Source: Bigelowiella natans CCMP2755
Taxonomy: Eukaryota; Protista; Cercozoa
Direction: 5' to 3'
Length of the DNA: 64,000 nucleotides
Assembly: GCA_000320545.1 (NCBI GenBank)
Contig: ADNK01000021.1
Location: 1-64,000 of the forward strand
The notes beneath the pieces were generated by a model, which was given only the letters and a program-made list of their open reading frames with translations, searched no databases and was not told the origin of the DNA. Of the stretch, positions 53,657 to 64,000 are shown piece by piece. A program made the translations under genes and the position numbers. How positions within the stretch are numbered: the stretch's first letter is position 1; each line of letters starts with the position of its first letter.

Positions 53657-54153
53657 CCAGTACATATGTCTACAATTAATCATTACACCCATATCATATA
53701 TCTACATGCTAGTAACGCTAGCTGTGTGTTTGGGCACTTCTGTGTATACAACACATGTGTGTAGGCGTTGTGTGGTTATGAGATCAATGTAGCAGAGAGA
53801 TAACATCAGCCGTAAGATTCAAGCGACTATTAGACACTATCGTAGTATACAGTTTTTATTTTTTGGGGGATTGAATTCTATGACACGTTCTTCGCGTATG
53901 CAATATGTAATGCCTGGATGTTGGGGCTGACGCTATGCTGCATGTTGCATTTTTGGCGAGATCGAAGACCTTGCATGCTAGCCGCACATGTGGGTCTTGT
54001 CACATGGAGTCGTTGTGCATTTTTAGGTACATTAGCTGCACATCATGTGTGTGAGTTGAAATCGTATCTTGCACAATGATCATCTGCGTTTAGAAATGTA
54101 TCAGTGCGTTTAACTCCATGATTCTCTAAATTAGCTGCAAATGTAGTGCAAAC

Positions 54154-54911
54154 CTACACCTCTGTGTTTCCTTCTTTTGCAGTCTTCGAAGTGGGCTTCG
54201 TAGTATTTTCTTTTGTCTTTGTTTTCAATTCCTTCTCAGTTTCCTGATCAACCGAAAGCTCTTGAGTCTCGATTCTCTTTTCTTCCAAAGGTCCCTTTTC
54301 TTTTTTTTCAGTCTTCTTGACTAATTTTTTCACTTTAGCTATTTTTGATTTCCAATTCGGAACCATGCGACCAATCTTATTTTTACCCGTAATCTTTGCC
54401 CCATTCTCGACTAATAATGCTGCAATTTCATATCTCTCTTTCGTGACAGCTGCATGAAGCGCGGTATTCCCATATTTATCGCTTAAATTTGGGTCCGCAT
54501 TTCCTTCGATCAACGCTTTAGCAATATCTGTAAACCCCCCCGCGCATGCATAGTATAGTGGCCGTTTTCCGTCCATTCCTGGAAGGTTTGGGTCAACTTT
54601 CACGGCCAATAAACCCATCACCATGTCGACATCTCCTTTGCTGGCAGCCTTTATGAGCATCATTGTTGTCGATGAACTGCGACGATGCATCTTAGGCTTT
54701 CGTCTCATGTTTGGTTCGACCCTAGAAAACAAATCAGTAACCAATCAGACATGCACGTACGTGCTACTCATTCGAATTCCCACTCTACCGAAAATCACAT
54801 GTTAGTGGTCTTTCGTGCGGCCGCAAAGAGAGTCGATTCGTCAAAATTGTACACGAAGCAAGAGAACATGTTAATCCTTATGGCTGCAGAATGGAGATGT
54901 GACATGTCCAT
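54154..54911 (-). CDS. Ankyrin-repeat protein with a Lys/Glu-rich tail; first exon uncertain
   Basis: AASKGDVDMV..LL, GKRPLYYACAGGFTDIAKALIEGNADPN, GNTALHAAV..IAALLVENGA. Confidence 0.85.
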
Positions 54912-55140
54912 GCACCTTGTGAAATGGAAGTAATCTGTTGCTAATTGGATTTGCTTGGGGGGCCTCCTTGCAAGATAAGATTTGTTGTTCGTAGGATTAC
55001 GATACGAGAAAACGTCCTGGATTTCTTTTTTGCGACAAGACCAAACTCGATGATGAAAGCCGGTTTCCTTCATCTTCAGGACGCTGGGAGTGGCACATTT
55101 GTTCCCGGAAAAAAGGGCATTTTACTGTGAAATGTGTAAG

Positions 55141-56490
55141 AATTTGTTGTCGCCGCTCTCGGAGGAATTCCACAACCACCTGCTCTGCTTCGTCAACCCT
55201 GGATTCGGAGCTGTGAAGTGGCTGCCTGTGGGGAAGCGCCGCTGAGGGGGTTCCCACAGCCCAGGCTGACCCACGAACGCCGGCGGAGGAGGCGGGCCAT
55301 TTTCCCCCTCTCTAGCCACCCACCCATGCCCTCACAACCCCTTTTCAGAATCGCATGGTGGAGGCCTCCACAACACAAGCAGAGCACCCTGTTTTTCACA
55401 AACTCACTTCGGACGAGAACCTGGGCGTCCTTTGTTTGATCGACACTCAACTCCCAACACACAAGAGGGTGCTGACAAGTCCTCGAAATGGTTTTTGCTC
55501 GCAGCTGCAGCTGCGTGCAAGTGTGCGCACAATGGAAGTTCCCTTTCCAAAGTGTCACATCACGAGTGATTCACCTCACCTGAAAAAGCAACAGGGCATT
55601 GGGACTGACCGGCCACTCACAGGTCGCAAGAGCGCTACTGATTACCGGTTGTCTCGATTGTGCCGGTTGCATCGGGCACACGGTCAACAAACAAATCCCA
55701 ACGGTCGCCACTTTTCCGCTCCCTGTCCTCTTTTCCTTCACACACGTTCTGTTGAATTGTCCACATCGCAGTTTTCAAAGCACAAAAGCAACGTGCGATT
55801 TTTTTCCCGACATGCAGTGTTGTGAATTGCAATCGTTTGAGACGATGCAGTTCCTCCTGTTCTCCTCATTCTGCTTCTTCCCCTCTCTCGACATCTCCTC
55901 CCGCATTTGGAGGACCAATTCTTCCAATTTGACACCGCAAAGGTGGTGATCTCCCCGTCTTGCACACACACACGCAAACGCACACACGTGCTGGCGTGCA
56001 CAAATTGGCGGTTCCGTTGTGTGTGCTGTACACTGCCATCTTATCCGCGTGTGCTGCTGCTTGGTTGTGATTGATGCATGTTCCTGTTCGCAAGTCCATT
56101 GTTGCGGTTGGTGCAAAACGGTGATGACCGATCATTGCGCTTGGTTGTTGTTGTTGTCGTTGTGCTCAGAAAAACAAGCCAGACGCGCAAGAGGTGACTC
56201 CCATGTCAGTGCTGTCAACCTAGCTTCTCCAGCTAGCTAGTCCTGCCCATGCCAGCATGTTGGTGATGAGGACCTCGCCCAACCGGCTAGCCGGCGGTGC
56301 TCTGTTTGGTGTTGCCAACACGCACTGCATGTGCTTGCCAAAATTATGAGCAGGCTTGTGTACATTCACCATGTCAATTGACACTTTACACACGACAACA
56401 GAAATGAAACAAAAGACTGCAACCTGGAACGTGGACAACACGTGTTGCATGTGCAGAAAGGCTGTTTCCATTGTTCCACGTTGCCATGCG
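55141..56490. other. TpA-depleted island 3 (possibly an eroded gene)
   Basis: One TA (CTAG) in 55141-55635, none in 55645-56028, and only 4 (all CTAG) in 56045-56343. Confidence 0.9.
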
Positions 56491-56507
56491 GCCAGATTAT
56501 AGACATG

Positions 56508-56554
<47 letters not shown>

Positions 56555-56694
56555 TACTGTGTCTATTATCCAGCGCATGTCAAATCATTGTCAACGCTTG
56601 GTGCTGTCAGCCATGGTTTCCATAAGTGCAAGATCAACTCACACCGCTTGCACTAAGTGCAATGTCATGCATGTGAGTTGTTGTCAATGCAATT

Positions 56695-58216
56695 TCATGC
56701 CACTGGTGTTCTAAGAAGCAGCTCAACAGCATGGACTGCGGCCGGCATCAACAGATTGTCGAATTCTGGCGGGGACACAGCTTCCACAAGAGTGCCGATC
56801 ACAGCAAACAGCAGCCATGACGAGCTCCAGCCAGGTGTTCCCAATGCGAATCGGAAAACCTTTTATGGATGAACATTGCTCATGAGAATACGAACATTGG
56901 TTGTTGCAGATGATGGTTCTGACCATCATGCCTAGCAACGAGCCCAGAAAACAGCTGACCGAACCGATTAAGCTTTTTGTCTGTCCAAATGGTGTTCGGT
57001 ACCTCCAGCTTAATTTTCCAAACCTAGGAATTGTCATTACAATTGGACACCATGCTTTTGATGGAAATCGATGATCGGAGGAACATTGAACATTGAACAT
57101 TGAACTGAGCATTGATGCAAAACAACGTGCGCAAGAATCACATGGGTGACCACCGTTGGCCGAACAAGGAGGACAATCCATCCCCCCAACCAAGCACCGC
57201 CATTATTGTCGCACCCTCTGCCCGTTGAAATAGTCCTAAGCCAACCTGTAAAATTTGATCAATTGGAGAAGGGATCATATGCTCATTTTTGGCAATAACA
57301 TAGACATTATATGCCGTTTAGGAAGAAGAGCTAACTTACCACACACATAAGAGTGCTAAACATTAGCGGCCCGCGTATCAGCTCGATAGGGTCCCCAGAT
57401 CTGCTCAACTTCTGGACAAGCTTGTGATTCGGATCCTGCAAAATGCAACAATGAGCACGACATTCACACCGTGTGAAAAACTGCAGCTCTTAGAGAGAAT
57501 CATTGAAACAATCGTGGGAGCTTTCTCACAGGATTTATGAGCCCTCTGTAAATCAGCTCTAGGGAGTACACCTGATCATTAGAAAAGATAGGCACATCTT
57601 TATCAACATAGTTTGGGATGAAGGATCTTCGACATCAGCTGATTTAGAATAGTGCAGAGACCGCAGGAATAAGGATGTTGAGCCTCCATGCCCAGTGAGA
57701 GGGGTTAAAGAAGCGCCACATCTATTTTCACCACCAGAAGAAGGCAGACACTGTCAGGCAGATCTACATTACTCCAGCGTATGGGATTCAATAGTAATTA
57801 GATCATCATGTTAATATCTGTGTTTCACTTTATACATGAGGGTGTACGACAATCAAGATAAAACTAGAAGTGTTGAGGATCTACCCATATCCAGCTCCCG
57901 GCAGACACGTGCACCATTTTTCGAGAAACGTGTCCGCCCACCCTTGCTCTCAGTTTCTCGCCTAATCCCATCACGATCTGTGAGGTGGATGAGGAATGAG
58001 GCTCAGGCTGGAATCAAAAGCATACGCACAAACCCCAGCATATCCGACCGTCCCCGCAGCCGCCTTTTGTATCAACAATGAGAAGGAAGAGAAGTCGCAC
58101 TTAGTCTCTCAGAAGCGACTATGAGAACATTGGATGATCAGCAAACCTAACGTACTCACAATAAGGTTTTGCGCCAGCGGGCTCATTGTCCTTGCGCTGT
58201 CCACAGCCATCGACAT
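56695..58216 (-). CDS. Phytol/farnesol kinase-like (VTE5/FOLK, polyprenol kinase family), about 8 exons
   Basis: SRKMVHVSAGSWIW, WRLNILIP, KLSRSGDPIELIRGPL, AVLGWGDGLSSLFGQRFG, TKSLIGSVSCF, GTLVEAVSPPEFDNLLMP. The splices checked are in frame. Confidence 0.9.
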
Positions 58217-58363
58217 TCCCCTGATTTGTCACAAGCCTCACCGTGTTAATGTTAGATACGGGTTTTGAGGAATTAGGAAAAAAATATACGATATTTTGCC
58301 GATGTCCATGCCAACTATGTGATCTTCGGGAAAAGGACGACAGAACGCATGCTGTAGATCTGA

Positions 58364-58717
<354 letters not shown>

Positions 58718-58739
58718 TGAGTAAAAATTGTAGGCTAAT

Positions 58740-59146
58740 ATGGCTTTGAATTTAGCAGAAGGACAGGACCTTCGACAACGAAAGATGACAGCATGCACCG
58801 ACGAAGATAGAGGGGAACCAGCTGCCTGCAGAGAAATTTTGCAGCTAAGGCGAATCGAAGACACGCCATCATGGCTCAGAAGGTAGGGTATAGGCAAGAG
58901 AATTAGATGTGAGATTATAGTTGTTGCGTTGTGTTAATTTCGTGGGGGTTGCTTTTGACTTAGAAGCATAACTTAGAAGCAATATTGCACTCTCACTCCT
59001 GATAATTTGCATGTTTCCTATGTCCTTATAATCGGAAGGCCATATATTTTAAGGTGTTGTCAATTGCCTCTTCCCCTCTTTTTCTTCTTCTTCTCCTTAC
59101 ATGATTCTGTGAATACTGCGCATATTCTGAGCCATCCGCACTCACA

Positions 59147-59188
<42 letters not shown>

Positions 59189-60371
59189 GGCTACAGGGTG
59201 GGGTTTTCGATCCCAGCATGTCTCCGATCGCTCTTTACCATCCATAATGAAACAGGTTCTAGAAACCTATCATAGAATTTACACTTGCATCCTATTCGAG
59301 GTGTAAAAGATTGCTGTATTAGCCCTCTTCTGACAATGTCTCATCGAATCAGGGAACATCTACACCCACATGCTGCCCAGCCTCATGTTCTTCTGGGCCC
59401 TTTTGCTTAACTTGTCATCACTGCTCGCATCGCTCAGCAATGCCGACGAGGCAGATGGGTCTGTTTCTGGTGTTGAAGACTCCAGAATAACCGGGATAGT
59501 GGACAAGTGTGACCTCAGCTTTGACATGCATGCATCATAAAATATGATGACGATAATAAAGAAGAAACCACCTATGATTCTCTTTTTCTTGTTCTTGTTA
59601 ATGGTACCGGCTGGAAAAGTAAAGCTACTAACCATCTACTTTTAATCAGAGTGATACTATGCTTGTATTGTTTCTCTGTCGCTTTCTGCATGGCTTCTAG
59701 GTATTCTACCACCCCCCCCTCCCAACCCCTCCGACCTCCTTGACTGTAACCCTGATGCTACGTATTGTATGCCATCCTCAGCTCTCTATTCCACACGTGT
59801 GGATGCCATTCTGAATCGACATGGAAGTCGCTCTTACGGTCCTCCTCTCCTCCTCCTCCTCCTCCTCCTCCTCCTCCTCCTTATCATCATTATCATAATG
59901 CAATTATCCTATCCAGTATTGCTATGCCGGGCATTTCATCAAGTGTTATTATTCCTTCCAAAAGACAACAACAACATCAACAACAACAACGCAAATTAGA
60001 TGCGACATGAACGGCATCGCGCTATTGATCTCCGCCACATTACTGCCTGGGTTTTACTACGGGTACATTTAATTCGTCATCGCCATTGTGCACATGACAC
60101 ACTCGATGCTGCCTCGGGCTGAAAAACGATGTTCACTTTTACTTACTACTACTACTACTACACTACAGGCTGGGTTGTCATCCCTTCCTTCAATTCTTCT
60201 ATACTAGCGTGGCCACTGGACTGCTGACGATTGCACTCGCTTTCTCTAACCTAGATGCGTCATTCAGGTTCTCCTTCTCCTGTCCTTCTCTCTTTCCCGG
60301 CGCGCATTTCACCATTCTTATGACTCAAATCTCCTCGTGGTTCTTATGTGCTCGTGTCGTCGCGATGACGA

Positions 60372-60413
<42 letters not shown>

Positions 60414-60490
60414 GGTGGGTGATGAAAGGAAATGGAAAAATTACGTGGTCATCAACGAGGCGCTTATGGCCTCCACTGCGGTCAAATTTC

Positions 60491-60528
<38 letters not shown>

Positions 60529-61378
60529 TTGTGACGGAGGACGATAATGTACGACGTTGATGGTGGGCATGCTAGAGATGATGCATGCTGCGTCTCATAC
60601 ATCGAAGAATAATTATCAGATATTTTCGTTGGTACCCATGCTACATTGGATCCTAATTTCACCGCGGTCTGAGCTCGATATTTTCCTCCCGAAAGTACGT
60701 ATTAATCCTAGGCAGCATTAAACAGGAAAGGGTCAGAGGACGGTGACAACCAGATAAACATAGAGGCATTATGTGCGGCTGCAACTAGATAGTCATTTCA
60801 GTTGCGGCAATTGCCGTTTGACAAGTCGATGAATCATTATGCAGAGAGATAGGGAGTAGAAGATTTGTCTCGCAGAAGACCTTCATGAATGGATAAAAAG
60901 ATCAGAGAGAGAACTAGAGAGAGAATGAGAGTATTTCCTAGCCTTTATCATTGCTTGCACAGTTTCTCCTTTGTAATGTGCCCTACTCCTCCTCTTCCTC
61001 GTCTTAGACTATCACTCTCACATCTCCGTGCTTTCGAAAACAAACTTAGGTCTTAAAGTGTGTGGGACTGTATGGGCTAGGATTCACCTTCTTCGTTACC
61101 AAGGTGCCGGAGCGGTTAATGCCAGGTGCTTTTGACTATATCCTGAGCAGCCATCAGGTAGAAGCAGCACTACTTCAGATAGTTTTAGGGCGAAGAGATG
61201 CATCACCATTTGATTCGCCCGACCAATCATCGATATCATACGTGAGAACGACGATTTCGGGGACTGATTGCTTTTATGCACTTAGATTTGGCATGTTTTC
61301 ATCGTCCTGGCCGCTGCTTCGTGGAGGAACACACTGCTTTGCTTCATCTATTATCGGCAGCGAACAGCGTGCATTTAG
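58740..61378 (+). CDS. PAQR / adiponectin-receptor (haemolysin III) family membrane protein
   Basis: PSWLRRPYILSGYR, SLFTIHNETGNIYTH, SSLFHTCGCHS, DMNGIALLI, TKVPERLMPGAFDYILSSHQIWHVFIV. Confidence 0.92.
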
Positions 61379-61552
61379 CATGAGAATTCTCGAAGCTTAC
61401 CTTAATTTTGTTGCCATAGGCAGCAGGCGTATGTAGTCAAGATATTATAACTTGCATGTATGTGCTAGCCTGGTCGACTGACACAGCGAGGCATTTGAAG
61501 CTTCGATTCAAGTCAATAGGAAGTATGCCATGAATTACACACGCTAGCACGG

Positions 61553-61584
<32 letters not shown>

Positions 61585-62729
61585 TACGGGGACATATGTG
61601 AACTATATGCTGCTACGCATACATCAACGTGTCATAGATATCTAGACATGCATATACTACATAGCAAGTATATTGTGCGTGACCATGCATTTGCTAATAA
61701 GTGACGATGTTTGTATAGACGTAAGCGACACCAGTATACCCATACAGGTATACGTGTCTTTAACAGACATTGACGCTGTGTCACAACAAAGCATGTGCAC
61801 ATGCATGATGGCTGATGGATGACATTGCGGTGCAATGACGTGCATGCGCATCGTCCTCAGCACCTGTTGTGGAGGTACATACGCACAGGCTTTTTGTTCA
61901 ATGATGATCACAAGGAAGGATAGATGCGCTGCGGTCGGAACAAGGCTAAAAGCTATGGCATTGACATCTGAGACATCTAACGCTACATATTGAGCGATGC
62001 ATGCATGGCCGCTTCATATTGTGTTCGGGCGGGTAGCTACACATGTAGAGCCCACGCATGCCGTAGATTTTCCCTGCGCCTGCGGTGGGAATATTAAACA
62101 AACGACCTGATATGGAAACTGTACAACACATGTGTCTTTACTTGCATGCAGTTGAGAAAGTTGATAGAATGCCTCGTCCACAACAAAGGCGGGACTGTGA
62201 CTACTCTCACAGCCATCAAATCTATCTGTAGAAAGAAGAAACCTAGCGAAGCAAGATCAATCCGTCCGCCAATTCACGGAAAAAAACTGGAAGAATCGTC
62301 TCATGAAATTAAACACGACGAGTAGTCTCTTTGAAGAACAATGCGCGGGAGCTGCGTTCTTCAATATGATGGTTGATAATAATGATAATAATATTCACTC
62401 TCATCTAAACGACTCTTTATGACACACACACACACTAACACACACACACGTACTATATGTATGACATATTCATATAAGTATCTTTATGTATATCTAAAGA
62501 ATATATTTATGTACATAAGATAAATATAACGGAAGAGAAAGAAGTAGGTTATTTACACGGGTTGTTTGATTGTATTCATAGCATATAATCCAATGGATTG
62601 GAGAAGAAGATACTTTCGATGAGAATAATTGGGAGCCACACGCGCACACAAACACAAACACACACACACACACACACACATGCAAACATATTCACACTTA
62701 AATAAACTTTAGATTACATAAGAAGAATT

Positions 62730-63463
62730 CTGCAGATGATTGATTGATTTACACAGGGCGAGTAGTCGTCGCCCTCCTCCTTCTTCTTCTTGAGGCATAT
62801 TCTCCTCTCGCATCTCCAATTATCCCCTTCATTGATGAGACGGCTATTCCTCCTCCATATCCGGAACCTACGAAATGATGAAAGATGCATCACATTCTTG
62901 AAGTAGAGAGAGAGAGAGGGAGAGGGAGAGACAGCAGCAGCAGAAGCGACTAAACTATGGCTGCAACGACGACTAGGGAGAAAGATTCATTGACCTCGAT
63001 CTCGAGTTCCATATTCTCACGACGAAGTAGCAGCATGCGGGCCTCTGGGTGGAGGAATAAAGTAGCCCGTGAGAGCAGTATGAATGATGATGATGATGAT
63101 ATGATGATGATGACGGCGACGATAGAGAACAATAAGGGCATGATGAGAGAGTTCTGAAAGGGATTGATGAGACAGTAGCATCAACAAACACGATGCACGT
63201 AGTACCGTTGATTTGGTCTTCGATAGCCTTGCTGCTGGCCAGTTTCAAAGGGATCATTTCACGAGAGTTCTTGCGAAGAACCTAGTAGTCAAGGTGGTCG
63301 TCATCATTCGTATCATTCACTATCATCATCATCATCATCCTCATCATCATCATGATTTGGCTGCAATCATCGTTGCTGTGCCTCCCACCTCAAGGTCCAC
63401 ATCATCGCCTACGCCCAGCTTGTTCACCACCTGTGTGCGTTGGGAGTGGGGGATGGTTAAAGA

Positions 63464-63502
<39 letters not shown>

Positions 63503-63568
63503 GAATGAGCAGATGACAACGACAAACACCCCATGATTCAAACCCAACCTCTTTACCACACCTTACCC

Positions 63569-63615
<47 letters not shown>

Positions 63616-63865
63616 CACATACAAATATACTGCAGCATATACAAGCATACAAGCACACACACACACAATCACACACACAATCACACACACACAATCACAC
63701 AATCACACAATCACACACATTCACCCGATAAAAGTACCGACGATTGTGCAACAGCTTTACTATTCACTCCGAGGATGATGTCACCAAGCACAGGGCGCCC
63801 GAACTCGTCCCGCACAGTGGGGCGTATTCCTGCTTTTGCAGCTGGGGAACCAGGCACCACCTGAC
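62730..63865 (-). CDS. 3' part of a DegP/HtrA (Deg1/Deg8-like) protease, PDZ domain; gene starts beyond the window end, stop uncertain
   Basis: VVPGSPAAKAGIRPTVRDEFGRPVLGDIILGVN, KLGVGDDVDLEV, LRKNSREMIPLKL. Confidence 0.8.
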
Positions 63866-64000
63866 AATCGAGATGATGATGATGGTGGTGATGATGATGA
63901 TGAGATCATCACGCGCAAGATCTCCGCCCCCCTCCCTAACTCTCTAACGACGACGACGATGACGACTAACTAACAATCATTAATACCTGTAGTACAAGGA

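Noticed and set aside
56723-57700. Apparent frameshift and stop suggesting the phytol kinase is a pseudogene
   Set aside because: Resolved by in-frame GT-AG introns.

Overview
Eukaryotic nuclear DNA, not prokaryotic. It is gene-dense, with GT-AG introns packed with microsatellites. Bipartite-looking leaders on a plastid-type RPE, plus a phytol/farnesol kinase and a Deg protease, suggest an alga with a complex plastid, possibly chlorarachniophyte-like (inference). About 17 genes can be read by eye: a two-pore-domain K+-channel-like protein, SPATA20/YyaL, a large NTP-transferase + HAD + HAD + kinase + kinase fusion, F-BAR/RhoGAP/WW, RPE, dynein light chain, aldo-keto reductase, a coiled-coil protein, START, ARF, two unknowns, TraB, ankyrin, phytol kinase, PAQR and Deg. 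There is also a CDC5 fragment. Two observations stand out. (1) Three islands of about 1 kb have lost almost all TpA dinucleotides except inside CTAG and are rich in TpG/CpA, which suggests a targeted 'reverse-RIP' A-to-G mutational process. (2) A five-domain fusion enzyme has a 3.7 kb intronless exon and apparently degenerate N-terminal catalytic motifs. Exon boundaries were read manually and are approximate. Most short ORFs in the track are microsatellite or antisense noise.
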